From Candidatus Heimdallarchaeota archaeon (GTDB lineage: Archaea > Asgardarchaeota > Heimdallarchaeia > JABLTI01): a DNA stretch of 64,000 nt. The translations under genes were made by a program, and so were the position numbers. Within the stretch, counting starts at the first letter, position 1, and each line of letters begins with the position of its first letter. The notes beneath the pieces were generated by a model that saw only the letters and a program-made list of their open reading frames with translations, made no database searches and was not told the origin of the DNA. Location of the stretch: the NCBI GenBank assembly GCA_019058275.1, contig JAHLVW010000094.1:32001-96000 (forward strand), in the 5' to 3' direction. Positions 1-10,544 of the stretch are shown here, piece after piece.

Positions 1-877
1 TAAAAATGAACTGTGAAAAATCTTCAGCAAATTCCTCTGCTTTACTTCTTGTCCCACAAAAGACCAATAATTGTGAATCATTTTTTATGTTATAATCAAT
101 TTTCTTGCTAATTTGTTTATAGGGATCCAATGAAGTTAATATACTATACTCAAGAGGTATATGCCGCTCTTCACTAACTAGTAACACCCCTCTTAGCCAA
201 TCTGCAATGTCTTTTGGATTGGCAATTGTAGCAGAAAGAAGAATTAAGCGAACTTTGTCAATTATTGTAGTCAAAATGGTCTCGAGAATAGGACCACGTT
301 TTTTATCACCTAATAAATGAAATTCATCAATAATCACATTTTTTGTATAATAAACTAAATCAGGCATTCGTCCAAGTATTGTACGAAATCTCTCATAAGT
401 TGAAATCAGGATATTGCACTTGCGTATTTCTTCCTCGTTAAAATCGATTTCAGACATAGACATGTGGATTTTTACTTTTAGATGTCTGTAGTCTTTAGCA
501 AAATTACTTGCTTTTTCTTCAGCTAGTGCTCTTAAGGGTACGAGGAAAATAGTTTTTGCAGGAACGTTTTCAAAGTTCTTGCTTGACAGTTGATTATCAA
601 ACCTATTCTCATGTCCACTTATGTATATATTGGATTCAGAATCCCATTCATTCATAATGTCCCTAATAGCAACCATCTCAGCAATGAGTGTTTTACCAGC
701 TCCGCTTGGTGCAACAATGATTAGATTATCATCTGAGAAGAGATATGGGTAAGCCTTTTTTTGTATGTCAGTTAATTTCGTAATACTTTTCCAAGTCAAT
801 ATTTCTTTTAGAATTTGATTAGTATTTTCCTTTGCTTCGTTATCAACTACCAATTCAATTATTCTCCACTTCTTCAT
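1..877 (-). CDS. Ski2-like/Hel308-family DExH helicase (C-terminal part runs off the left edge of the window)
   Basis: Not in the ORF track. Manual minus-strand translation from ATG 877 gives Q-motif (LTDIQKKA), Walker A (IIVAPSGAGKT), PLRALAEEK, DEFH and LSATIANP. Confidence 0.85.
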   Translation of the reverse strand, partial: MKKWRIIELVVDNEAKENTNQILKEILTWKSITKLTDIQKKAYPYLFSDDNLIIVAPSGAGKTLIAEMVAIRDIMNEWDSESNIYISGHENRFDNQLSSKNFENVPAKTIFLVPLRALAEEKASNFAKDYRHLKVKIHMSMSEIDFNEEEIRKCNILISTYERFRTILGRMPDLVYYTKNVIIDEFHLLGDKKRGPILETILTTIIDKVRLILLSATIANPKDIADWLRGVLLVSEERHIPLEYSILTSLDPYKQISKKIDYNIKNDSQLLVFCGTRSKAEEFAEDFSQFIF

Positions 878-900
878 TTTATCTTAGTAGTTTGATTTTG

Positions 901-1170
901 CTATAATATTGGTATTTTACAACAGAATTCTTTTGATAGAGCAAAATCAAATAATCCGCGCTCTATTAACTCATTAGTAATGATTTCTTCATACGTTAAA
1001 TGACCAAAACAATTAGTTAAACTACACATTTGACATTGTGTGACTTCAGTTGGAGAACAAAAGCTGTTAATGTGTCGAATTGTTTGCCATTCTGAGATTA
1101 GATTGTTATTAGTCATTTTTTGAATTTTCATTTTTATTTTTGATAATCTCTTACGCCCTGTTAAAACCAT
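901..1170 (-). CDS. Small Cys-rich hypothetical protein
   Basis: GGTGA RBS upstream of the ATG; CQMC..C..H; co-oriented with the helicase. Confidence 0.5.
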   Translation of the reverse strand: MVLTGRKRLSKIKMKIQKMTNNNLISEWQTIRHINSFCSPTEVTQCQMCSLTNCFGHLTYEEIITNELIERGLFDFALSKEFCCKIPIL

Positions 1171-1310
1171 ATTAGCTATTCACCTGACTTTTCCAAAGGG
1201 TTATTTACATATGTAATTTATTTCCAACGAATTTTTCACTCAATTGGATACTATCAATTAAGAATCTACTTTTTTTATTTAAAAACAAACAAATATGAGA
1301 AGAAAAATGA

Positions 1311-1862
1311 TTAATTTCTTCTATCTCTAGTTTTTCTTTTATTTTGATAAAGTCTAAAAGTAATTGTGATGATAGCTATAACTCCAATGATTTCTAGATT
1401 TACTTCACTTGTAGTTAATTCTGTTCCAGTTCCAAAAACGAATGGATAACCTTTTTTCACCCACTCATTAAATCCTTCCACCATATTAGAAACATTCGTG
1501 TATCCTATATCAACCAATTTGTTAGCACCAGTTTTTGATCTGACACCATTATCACAGTAAACTATGATTCCGGTTTTGTTATTTTCTGGGAGTTTGTGTA
1601 CATTTGAATAAAGGTAGTAAACGTTAATGTTTACTGATCCATTTATATGTCCATCATCTGCAAACTCTTTAGATGATCTAACATCTAAAAGAAAGATTGA
1701 TGGGTCGCTATCTAATCTACTCTTCGCTTCTTCTACTGAAATATTTTCATAATCTGCACTCATAACTTGTGAAATATTTAGAAAAAGTATAATCATAGTA
1801 ACAAACAAATATGTTTTTTTGATTATTTTCTTCATTGTCTCTCTATACTCACAATATTTCAT
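1311..1862 (-). CDS. Rhodanese-domain protein with signal peptide and C-terminal membrane anchor
   Basis: LLDVR..EF..GHI.G, active-site YCDNGVRS, GFNEW; hydrophobic ends. The true start may be the downstream Met (MKKII). Confidence 0.9.
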   Translation of the reverse strand: MKYCEYRETMKKIIKKTYLFVTMIILFLNISQVMSADYENISVEEAKSRLDSDPSIFLLDVRSSKEFADDGHINGSVNINVYYLYSNVHKLPENNKTGIIVYCDNGVRSKTGANKLVDIGYTNVSNMVEGFNEWVKKGYPFVFGTGTELTTSEVNLEIIGVIAIITITFRLYQNKRKTRDRRN

Positions 1863-2004
1863 AAGATCATACTATATTATTGATAAATTGTAGAAAATAG
1901 ATAAAAATGTTTTACTAATTAAAGCTTAAAAGATATAAGGAAATTAACATCAAGTACCATTAAGATTATTAATGAACAAAATACCAAGATGAAAGTGAAT
2001 TACA

Positions 2005-2451
2005 ATGTCTCTGACAACAAAATCTCTAATAGAAGTAGTTATGGTTCCTCCTGCAATGGTTGATGAAAATGATAGTATTGCTATAGTTGCAAAAGTTCTA
2101 TTACAATCAAATAAAGGGTGTGTATTTGTTACAAGTGTTGGTGAAGTAGTAGGCATCATTACAGAAAGAGATGTTTTAAGAGTGATTTTGAAAGATGGAG
2201 GAATGCTTTCACCAGATATTGAAGCAAAGGATTTCATGATAAAACCTGTTACAACTATTTCTAAAACTGCCTCACTAGCAGAAGCAGATGATCTTATGCA
2301 TCAAATGAATCTCAATCGTTTAGCAGTTGTAGAAAAAGAAGATTCACTTATAGTAGTAGGTCTAATCGATACAGAATTACTTCAAGTATCTATCAAAACT
2401 GAATTGATAAAAACTTTGAAGAAACGTCAAAAATACTCCCAAGATAAATGA
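2005..2451 (+). CDS. CBS-domain pair protein
   Basis: VGIITERDVL and M..PV.TI...L.VV...VGLI tandem CBS motifs. Confidence 0.9.
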   Translation: MSLTTKSLIEVVMVPPAMVDENDSIAIVAKVLLQSNKGCVFVTSVGEVVGIITERDVLRVILKDGGMLSPDIEAKDFMIKPVTTISKTASLAEADDLMHQMNLNRLAVVEKEDSLIVVGLIDTELLQVSIKTELIKTLKKRQKYSQDK

Positions 2452-2469
2452 ATACAAATGAATTTCTGC

Positions 2470-3417
2470 TCATTTATTTTTAGTTTCTTTTTTATTTAGA
2501 TATCTTTTCAGAAAGTATGAGCAATTATCTGTAAATTGACAGAATTTGCACATCCATTGCTGAGGACATTCATTTGGGGTTCGTTCACCTTTCCAATATC
2601 CAACAGCCCATTCCATATCCACTTCAAAACTTTCTTCATGGAAATATGTACGGTCTGCAAACACCACTTGCTGATCAATCTGATGCATATAAATTGCTTT
2701 AAGCTCATTAGAAAGACTAGGTAAACACTTGAAAATCGAAAAAACTTTCTCTAATAGCTGATGGGGACTAGATTTCTCCAATATTTCTTTGTGTTCATCA
2801 GGCAATTGCTGTAACAATTCATCAGATGGAACCAATTCTTCAGGGACCTCGAAATATTCCTTGAACATCTCAATTGTAAATTTTTTCTCTCTCAAATCTC
2901 GTATCATGTGCCAATATACTTGCAATTGAATTCGGTTTCGTCTTTTTTGTTCATAAGAAGGAGCTCTCTTTGATTTACGTGTCTTATAATCAGTTATAAC
3001 CATCTTTTTATTATCAGATTCTGCTTCTTCAATTTCTATTTGATCTATAATTCCTAAGCATGGGATATCTTGTATTTTGCCAATTACTGGTAGTTCTCGA
3101 GTGATATTTCTATTTAGTAAAGTTTGTAATTTAGTATAAATTTGCAAAATATAAGCGATTAAATTATCCTCAAATGTTGTTACTACAACTTCAACCACAG
3201 GACCAAGCTCTTCTTCCAAATTTCTATGAATTTCCGATCCAGTTATCATTTCTTCTGTTGGTTCCATGCCTAAATGTAATTTTAGATGGAGCTGCATTTC
3301 ACACCAAAATTGATTAGCAATTTTGGTTGGTGAGAGGTTTTTTATGCTTGGTATGATTGTCAGGTCAATTTCAGTTTCCTCTTCCTCATCATTGACCAAA
3401 TTCTTATCTTTGCTCAT
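2470..3417 (-). CDS. Exonuclease V (EXO5)-like PD-(D/E)XK nuclease with 4Fe-4S staple
   Basis: LSPTKIANQFWCEMQ, GSEIH, GIIDQI, ITDYKT, QLQVY, YWKGER and C-terminal CKFC...C. Confidence 0.8.
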   Translation of the reverse strand: MSKDKNLVNDEEEETEIDLTIIPSIKNLSPTKIANQFWCEMQLHLKLHLGMEPTEEMITGSEIHRNLEEELGPVVEVVVTTFEDNLIAYILQIYTKLQTLLNRNITRELPVIGKIQDIPCLGIIDQIEIEEAESDNKKMVITDYKTRKSKRAPSYEQKRRNRIQLQVYWHMIRDLREKKFTIEMFKEYFEVPEELVPSDELLQQLPDEHKEILEKSSPHQLLEKVFSIFKCLPSLSNELKAIYMHQIDQQVVFADRTYFHEESFEVDMEWAVGYWKGERTPNECPQQWMCKFCQFTDNCSYFLKRYLNKKETKNK

Positions 3418-3575
3418 TATAGACTATCATCACCAACAATAGCATTTAATATTTTAGTTTGTAAGGAAAATTGATTTTTGTGGTATTTTTATTTTTCAAT
3501 TTTAAGAATAATATTGTGAATTAATGTTGCTGATGAATGTTAAAAATGATAATCTCATAGATATAAGCCAGTTTA

Positions 3576-3812
3576 TTGGACAAACTGAAGGAACTCCCAA
3601 ATAACTTTGCAACTATAATCAGCAATGCAATTGCTTTTTTAGTTGCAATTTGTTTTGCTCTGGGTGTGGTTCTAGCAATTGTTGGTGCAATAAAATGGGC
3701 TTCAGGTTGGGATGATAAGGGAGGTAAAAAGACTATCGTAAAGGGGATTTTCCTCATCGCACTTTCCTTGGTTGCTGGAGGAACTGGAATTTCAATAGTA
3801 TTATTTACATGA
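3576..3812 (+). CDS. Small two-helix membrane protein, VirB2/TrbC (CedA1-like) pilin-like
   Basis: Two hydrophobic helices separated by the short charged loop KWASGWDDKGGKK; TTG start. Confidence 0.55.
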   Translation: MDKLKELPNNFATIISNAIAFLVAICFALGVVLAIVGAIKWASGWDDKGGKKTIVKGIFLIALSLVAGGTGISIVLFT

Positions 3813-3909
3813 CAAGTTTTGATATGTTTCTTCCACAAAACAAATTTAATATGCTGAATTAATATTTGTTAAATGTGGTAAAGTATTTGTTTTATTTGGA
3901 GTAGTTCCT

Positions 3910-5211
3910 ATGTTGAAGATAAAAATTCCAAGAAGATGGTATCTAGTAATAGTTGGTTTAGCTGATTGGCGAAGAAATGCTCAAGAGCTCCCACATAACC
4001 AATTTAAAGAATTACAAGTTGTCATAGATAATTATATCTCCAGAATCTATAAGACATTTAGAAAAAGAGGGGCAATGGTTGGGAGTCTTTTATATTCTAA
4101 AGAGAATTTAGCTCCCTTCTTCTTATTAGAAGCAACAAGAGAAAATGAGCGCTTTTTAAAAGAAAGCAGAATACTTATCCAAAATATTTCTGAGAAAATA
4201 CATTCGAGTTTAACTATTGAAGAACAACAATCTGAACTTGGTAAAAATGTACTGCAAGTTCTTCTCGAAGGTCGATTGCTTATTTTAGATTGTACTATAC
4301 CATTTGATCCTGGATTCTTCCCAAATGAAGATTTCATTGCTAAAGCATTTAGTGATACGTTAAATTCAGAATTGTTGACAATTAAAAGATCTGAACATGA
4401 TTTTAACGGACGAAAGAATTGGCTTTCAACCTTGGATAGTATAGTAAATAGAGGTTTTATGAAAGATGTTGGTCCTGTAAGCAAACTAAAAGAAGCTAAA
4501 GTGGTTGAAGGTAAGAGATTATATGATAAGAAATCACCTGGAGATTTTGAAAAGATAACAAGAATTTTGTCTGAAGTTACACCCTACAGGACAAGCTTAT
4601 TTGAAATTGAAAAACTAACTGCATCATATGGCGATAGGGAACCTTTGGGTCATATAATTATCCAGTATTTGTCAACTGGCGGTGATTTGCCTATAAGACT
4701 TAACAAACGTTCAACTATTCATGATAGAATCGGGAGAAAAATAGAAGATCTTCAATGGATTCAATCAATGAATTTAGATTGGAAGGAAATCGACAAATTA
4801 CAAATTTATTCTGAAGAAATCGTTTATGACAAAGTTGAGAAATTAATTTCAGACGTAGGTGGAATTAAATTTGATGCATTATGGACAGAAAAGGATTTGT
4901 CAAATAACATTTACTTCTTATCTAAATTTGACTTCACAGAGGATGTATTGAAGAAACTTAATGAATTTGTAGCAAATCCAAGAAAGCAATTGGAAGAACA
5001 TGTTGGACCTGGAACAATAGCAATGTTTGAATTATGGCAAAAAGCAGGTTTGGAGTTTAATCTTCTCATCTTTGAAGTAAAAGGATTTGATCCTGATGAA
5101 GATAAGAACCTAACTGATTGGATAAAATCACTGAAAATAAAAGAAATTCCTGGACCTAACTATTGTGGTAATAGAGAAGTACTTCAACAAAGAAACTTTA
5201 GGCCTTTTTAA
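3910..5211 (+). CDS. Hypothetical protein (433 aa)
   Basis: Long ORF with GGAG RBS; no motif recognised. Confidence 0.75.
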   Translation: MLKIKIPRRWYLVIVGLADWRRNAQELPHNQFKELQVVIDNYISRIYKTFRKRGAMVGSLLYSKENLAPFFLLEATRENERFLKESRILIQNISEKIHSSLTIEEQQSELGKNVLQVLLEGRLLILDCTIPFDPGFFPNEDFIAKAFSDTLNSELLTIKRSEHDFNGRKNWLSTLDSIVNRGFMKDVGPVSKLKEAKVVEGKRLYDKKSPGDFEKITRILSEVTPYRTSLFEIEKLTASYGDREPLGHIIIQYLSTGGDLPIRLNKRSTIHDRIGRKIEDLQWIQSMNLDWKEIDKLQIYSEEIVYDKVEKLISDVGGIKFDALWTEKDLSNNIYFLSKFDFTEDVLKKLNEFVANPRKQLEEHVGPGTIAMFELWQKAGLEFNLLIFEVKGFDPDEDKNLTDWIKSLKIKEIPGPNYCGNREVLQQRNFRPF

Positions 5212-5311
5212 CTAAAGGTCACTCTTTTTTTTCCACAGATAATTCATTTTTTGTGCTTTACTTTCGCTTCTTCCATCCTTTAAAAGGAATTTTGTCGATA
5301 TATCTTTTGAA

Positions 5312-5581
5312 GTGATGTATATGATGGCACAAATACATGGACATGAAGAACAATTGATTCACGATGTCTGGGGTGATATTTGCTTAGAATGTGATGGTAC
5401 TTGTAAACCCAAAATTCATCTTTATCATATTAAAAAAGAGGAAATTGCTGTCTTAATCTGTCCTAATTGCGATTTCACTATAGTAGTTGTAGAAGTAGAC
5501 AAACTGAAGAGCGAAACGATCCAAAAAGAGCTAGAGCAAAAAGAAAAGACCTTGATAGCAACACACCATTCCTTCCCCTGA
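5312..5581 (+). CDS. Small zinc-ribbon protein
   Basis: CLEC...CPNC. Confidence 0.65.
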   Translation: MMYMMAQIHGHEEQLIHDVWGDICLECDGTCKPKIHLYHIKKEEIAVLICPNCDFTIVVVEVDKLKSETIQKELEQKEKTLIATHHSFP

Positions 5582-5791
5582 TAAGTGGTGTTGCACTCAT
5601 AAGTGCCTAAGTATCACCCAACAAGAATCCCTAGTTCGAAAAAATATCCAGAAAAAGAGCTTTAAACAAGCTATAATAGGGTCCCATGAGTTTAAAGTAA
5701 ACATTTAAAATCGGAAATTTGTAAAAAAGGTCTGAAAACAAAGGATTTAATATACGAACATCGCAATTATCTTTAGATTAAACCAATTATT

Positions 5792-6376
5792 ATGGTGAGT
5801 GAATTGGGTAAAGTAATAGTTATAGTCTTTGCAGCATTATCCCTCATATTAATTCCAGTAAGCCTTTATTACGTAGCAGACACAAGTGGTTCTGAACCGG
5901 ATTTCTCACTAGTATTTCATGGTAGATTCTATGATGCTAAAATTGGAGACTATATTGATAACCCAGGTTTTAACTTCTTTAAGTTTACAAGTACTGGTGA
6001 AAATATCTTCAATCCAAGTGCATGGAATGATGCATTTTCTAGCGAATTGGTTTTAGGAATGCCCGCAGGAACTCTAATGATGATCTTGTGGTATGTCAGC
6101 ATGGGAGTTCTTCTAATAGGAATTATTGTTGCATTCTTTAGAGTAAAAATCTCAGGAATATTCTTCTTATTAGCCTTTATTGCAGATGGTTTACAAGCTT
6201 TATTCTGGTATTTGGCAATGAATCAGTTCTATTCATCTGATCCGAATGTTTTATTCTTCCCAATACCGATTACAGCATTGTTCTTATTAGCAACTGCTAT
6301 TATTGCCTTTACATCCAAGAAGAAGGAATCCTACTACTATTCTCCTGGATATTCCTATGGTTATGGTCGAAGATAA
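5792..6376 (+). CDS. Four-TM membrane protein with Tyr/Gly-rich C-tail
   Basis: One TM, an extracellular loop, three TMs; tail YYYSPGYSYGYGRR. Confidence 0.75.
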   Translation: MVSELGKVIVIVFAALSLILIPVSLYYVADTSGSEPDFSLVFHGRFYDAKIGDYIDNPGFNFFKFTSTGENIFNPSAWNDAFSSELVLGMPAGTLMMILWYVSMGVLLIGIIVAFFRVKISGIFFLLAFIADGLQALFWYLAMNQFYSSDPNVLFFPIPITALFLLATAIIAFTSKKKESYYYSPGYSYGYGRR

Positions 6377-6560
6377 GAAAATTATTTCTTATAGAAGCTG
6401 ATTAATGGGGTAACCCCCTTTAACTCTTCACTTAAGAGTATATTAGTGACCTAGTTCGAATACTTTCAGTCACCTCCATCTCGAGTTATTGCTTTTTAAA
6501 GAAAATCACTAAGAATAACTTAGGAGTCGGTTCTCCTAGAAGAGAAAGGGTCAAATTAAG

Positions 6561-6887
6561 ATGGCATGTGACTTAAAGGAAAGTTTAATCGAAAAAGGAA
6601 AATTTGCTTTAGAAAATCGAGACTTTATAACTGCAACAGAAATTTTTTCCAATGCAATTATTGAGGAAAATAGTTCAGATCCAAACTATTGGTGTTGGTT
6701 AGCTGAATCCTTATTCTATCAAGCACAGTTTGAAAGTTCATTGAAATGCTGGCATGAAGCAGCATCAAAGGACCCAACAAATAAAATTGCTTGGATCAGG
6801 ATAAGTGCATTATATGCTCTGTTAGAAGAAGATGATTTGGCAATCCATTATTACAATATAGCTGATAGCTTACCAATAGAAGACTAA
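6561..6887 (+). CDS. TPR-repeat protein
   Basis: Helical repeats A..F..AI...DP..W..LA..L. Confidence 0.8.
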   Translation: MACDLKESLIEKGKFALENRDFITATEIFSNAIIEENSSDPNYWCWLAESLFYQAQFESSLKCWHEAASKDPTNKIAWIRISALYALLEEDDLAIHYYNIADSLPIED

Positions 6888-7000
6888 GGTAAAAATTCCT
6901 GTATAAAAACTCATCAACTATTTAGGCAATTTATTTATTTTAGTGAGTGTAATGTCTTACTAGTTTATCAATTGCTAACAAAAGTAAGGGGTAAAAATAA

Positions 7001-7567
7001 TTGACATATTTATTATCATTCCAAGTTACAGAAAAATATGATCCAACAAGAAAAGAGATTGGATTAAAGGTTTCAATAAGTGGATTTAAAGATTTTAAGA
7101 GTGCAAAGGTTAAATTTGCTGCATTCCCACCACAAGACAAAACTTTTTCCAAAACTGGCGCTTTGACGTTCACAGCTATTGGTCATCCAGGTAATAATAC
7201 TCTGGAAATTGTTGATCCTAAGAAGAGCAAAGTTTTGCAATTGATAGGTTCATTGAATGGGAATATCTTTACAGACGGAGATAAGGGGCAAGAAATAATT
7301 ATTACACACAAATCAAAAAAGGCTCAAATAGAGTTTAAAAAGGTCGCTAAACTAAAATTGGAAATAATACGTTTAGATGCTTCTCCAAAAATTTCATTGT
7401 TTTTTGGACTCGATCCTGAAACAAATCAGCAAATATACACTAAAAAAACAGACAAGAGAGGTTCTTTCAAAGAAGAAATAACTGGTGTAATGTCTGATAA
7501 GCATGAAGTAAAAGTATTAACTGGTCAGATGAGCAAGATTTGTTCGATTAAACCACCTGAACCTTAA
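7001..7567 (+). CDS. Hypothetical beta-rich basic protein
   Basis: ORF only. Confidence 0.6.
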   Translation: MTYLLSFQVTEKYDPTRKEIGLKVSISGFKDFKSAKVKFAAFPPQDKTFSKTGALTFTAIGHPGNNTLEIVDPKKSKVLQLIGSLNGNIFTDGDKGQEIIITHKSKKAQIEFKKVAKLKLEIIRLDASPKISLFFGLDPETNQQIYTKKTDKRGSFKEEITGVMSDKHEVKVLTGQMSKICSIKPPEP

Positions 7568-7667
7568 ACAAATTCTTTTAACAAATGCTTCATTTCCTTT
7601 TTATATTATCGATATCTATTTTTCATCTAATTTATAACTAAAGTCTATTTATTTCAGGTGAAAAAAA

Positions 7668-9083
7668 TTGGATGAAAGCCTATATCAAAAAATCTTTGAA
7701 ATGGCTTCAAAAGAAAATACTACTTATGCTGATATCCGAGATGAAGATTCACTATACACATCAATAGAAGTAATCGATGGAAAAGTACAATCATCTTCTG
7801 TCGGATCAGAAGCAGGTATTGGAATAAGATTGTTAATTGATGGGGCTTTTGGGTTTGCCTTTGGATCCAAGGAGCACTACAAAGAAGTTTTTAATATGGC
7901 ACTAAGTGCACAAAAAACATCTAAAAAACTCTCAAAGGATAATGTCGAACTCGCTCCCGTAAAAACAATCAAAGATAATGTTGTAATTAAACAGAAAAAA
8001 CCTGCTCAAGATGTACCTTTTGAAGAGAAGATGAAACTAGTTTTAGACGCAGACAGTATGTTACGTGATGAGGAAAATAAAATCAAATCAACAAGAACAA
8101 TTTATGTTGATGTATTGAGAAGACAGACACTTGCAACTTTAGAAGGAACACTGATTTATGAGGAAAGACCTTATACTAATTTCTATATGGTGCCCACAGC
8201 TCGAAAGGGTACAGAAACAAATCAGGGTTTAGGACGTGCTGGTCATGTAGGAGGTTTTGAGCTCTTTGATATGGTTGATATCAAGAAAAGAGCAGAGGAA
8301 ACAATGATTCGAACTATAAAGGGTTTAGAAGCTAAGAAAATCAAACCAGGAAAATATCCTGTTGTTTTTGATGGATCAATAAATTTCCTGTTTGCACATG
8401 AAGCAGCAGGACATAGCGCAGAAGCTGATTTTCTCAGAGCAGCAGGAGTATTAAGAGGAAAACTAAACAAGAAACTCGCTCCTAATTTTGTTAATCTTGT
8501 GGATGACGGAACACTCGAGTATGTTCTTAGCTACAAATCCAGAACTTTTGGGTTTATGCATTATGATGATGAAGGCGTACCTGTTGAACGAACCGAAATC
8601 ATAAAAGATGGAACATTAAAAACCTATCTTACAGATAGAACAAACGCCACTTATTTCAATCTCAAACCAACAGGAAATTGTCGAGCTGAATATTTCTCGA
8701 GTATACCAATTGTTCGTATGCGAAATACTTTCTTAGAAGCATCAAAAGGAAAGGACTTTTCTGAAGATGAACTATTGGAACTTGTTAAAAATGGTGCTTT
8801 GCTAAAACGAGGTGGTGGAGGACAAGTAGATCTCATAAGAGGTACATTTAATTTTGGAGTTTCTGAAGTTTTTGAGATAAAAAATGGAGAAATTAGTGAT
8901 GTTCGTAGAGCAACAACCCTAATAGGTAATACTCTCGAGACATTGGGAAAACTAATGGGAATCTCTAACAAAATGTCAGACCCATCTGCGAATACCGGAT
9001 TTTGCGGAAAAAGTGGTCAACGTGCTCCTACAGGCACTGGTGGTGGTTGGTGTGCTGTAAAAGTTATGACTATTGGGGGTTAA
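7668..9083 (+). CDS. tldD: TldD-family metalloprotease
   Basis: HEAAGH zinc motif, YDDEG, RMRNT, C-terminal CGKSGQ. Confidence 0.92.
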   Translation: MDESLYQKIFEMASKENTTYADIRDEDSLYTSIEVIDGKVQSSSVGSEAGIGIRLLIDGAFGFAFGSKEHYKEVFNMALSAQKTSKKLSKDNVELAPVKTIKDNVVIKQKKPAQDVPFEEKMKLVLDADSMLRDEENKIKSTRTIYVDVLRRQTLATLEGTLIYEERPYTNFYMVPTARKGTETNQGLGRAGHVGGFELFDMVDIKKRAEETMIRTIKGLEAKKIKPGKYPVVFDGSINFLFAHEAAGHSAEADFLRAAGVLRGKLNKKLAPNFVNLVDDGTLEYVLSYKSRTFGFMHYDDEGVPVERTEIIKDGTLKTYLTDRTNATYFNLKPTGNCRAEYFSSIPIVRMRNTFLEASKGKDFSEDELLELVKNGALLKRGGGGQVDLIRGTFNFGVSEVFEIKNGEISDVRRATTLIGNTLETLGKLMGISNKMSDPSANTGFCGKSGQRAPTGTGGGWCAVKVMTIGG

Positions 9084-9086
9084 AAA

Positions 9087-10544
9087 ATGGTTGAATACTA
9101 CTCATTAGATAAAGCACTTGATTATGGACTCAAATTCGCCAAGAAAATCGGTGCTGAACAAGTGGAAGGATTTAGTAGTAATGCTAGAGAAATTGAACTA
9201 AGTGTAGAAAAGAAATTACCTAGTTTAACTAATGGTATCTCAACTGGAGTTTCATTCCGTGTAACTACTAAAAACAATCAAGGTTTTGGTTTTACAAAAA
9301 CACTTACAAAGGAACGAATTGAATCTACCATTAAAGCAGTACTACAAAATGCAAAATCAAAGGGAAAAGATCCTGATTTCAAGACATTACCTTTACCCTC
9401 AAAGAAACCAGCAATTGATATACCATTTGATAAACAACTAGAATCTTTAACTTCTGATATGTTAGCTGATGATACTGCTGATTTAATTGATACGATAAAT
9501 GATGTCAAAAACCTACATTTCTTGCAAAGCCAAATGTTTCTTGTAGTTCAGGAAAATCGTTTAGTTAATTCTAACGGTATTGATATCCCAACTAAAAGTG
9601 GTGCTATAGGTGGAATAGCTGCTGCTATAACCACAAAAGGATTAATTCCTAACTATTCTTTCGTCGTCAAAGGTGGAAATACAAAGGCAATGTTCAAAGC
9701 AGAAGAGCTTGCTCAAGAAGCTATTGTTCAAATACAACGAGCAGCAGCTCCTAAAACTATGAACTTTGAGAAAGAAGTTCCAATTATTCTTGAACCTGAG
9801 GCTACCATTGGAGTTCTTGGTGGTTTGTTTAGGTTATTAATGAACCAATTACAAGGTAATAATGTTGCCTCTGGAGCAACACCTTACTCCGATCAAGTAG
9901 GCAATCAAGTTGCTGTCGAAGGATTAACTCTAATTGACAATGGATTAAATGTGAATAAAATTTCTAGCTCATCTTATGATGACGAAGGTATACCTCGAGA
10001 GGAGACAGTTTTAATCGACAAAGGTATTCTCAAAACCTATTTGCTTGATACTTACTATGGTAATAAGCTGGGATTGGAATCGAATGGAAAAAGCACACGT
10101 TCAGGTATGATGGGTTTTGGAGATCCTATTAAATCTGCGCCATCCATTGGCTCTACTAATGTAGAAATTCTGGGTGGGGATTCATCTAAAGATGAGATGA
10201 TTGCTGAAACTCGAGAAGGATTTATGCTTCGATCTCTCATGGGCTTACATATGTCTGATCAAAGCTCTGGCAGATTCTCAATCACAGGATTCGGTTGGTA
10301 CATCAAAAACGGAGAGGTAAAATACCCCGTTCAAGGTATCTCGATCTCGGGTATGTTACCTGAATTGATCAAAAATATCGATATGATTTCAAAAGAACGA
10401 GAATCTATGTTACTTGCTGATGCACCCTATATTCGCTTTGCTAACGTACCTGCAATAAGCAAGAAATTTGATTTCAAGACTCGACTTCTATTAAGCGTTG
10501 CAAAAACAATCTCATTAGTTACAGGTAAACATCCAGCGTTCTAA
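9087..10544 (+). CDS. pmbA: PmbA/TldE-family protein
   Basis: TldD paralogue lacking HExxH; YDDEG, SGRFS; directly follows tldD. Confidence 0.88.
   Translation: MVEYYSLDKALDYGLKFAKKIGAEQVEGFSSNAREIELSVEKKLPSLTNGISTGVSFRVTTKNNQGFGFTKTLTKERIESTIKAVLQNAKSKGKDPDFKTLPLPSKKPAIDIPFDKQLESLTSDMLADDTADLIDTINDVKNLHFLQSQMFLVVQENRLVNSNGIDIPTKSGAIGGIAAAITTKGLIPNYSFVVKGGNTKAMFKAEELAQEAIVQIQRAAAPKTMNFEKEVPIILEPEATIGVLGGLFRLLMNQLQGNNVASGATPYSDQVGNQVAVEGLTLIDNGLNVNKISSSSYDDEGIPREETVLIDKGILKTYLLDTYYGNKLGLESNGKSTRSGMMGFGDPIKSAPSIGSTNVEILGGDSSKDEMIAETREGFMLRSLMGLHMSDQSSGRFSITGFGWYIKNGEVKYPVQGISISGMLPELIKNIDMISKERESMLLADAPYIRFANVPAISKKFDFKTRLLLSVAKTISLVTGKHPAF

Noticed and set aside
2470-3417. Cas4/CRISPR system
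   Set aside because: No repeat-spacer array or other cas genes seen in the window; the motifs fit EXO5 better.
5558-5594. Selenocysteine readthrough at TGA 5579 within a hairpin
   Set aside because: The TGA is immediately followed by TAA, and there is no SECIS-like motif or selenoprotein context.
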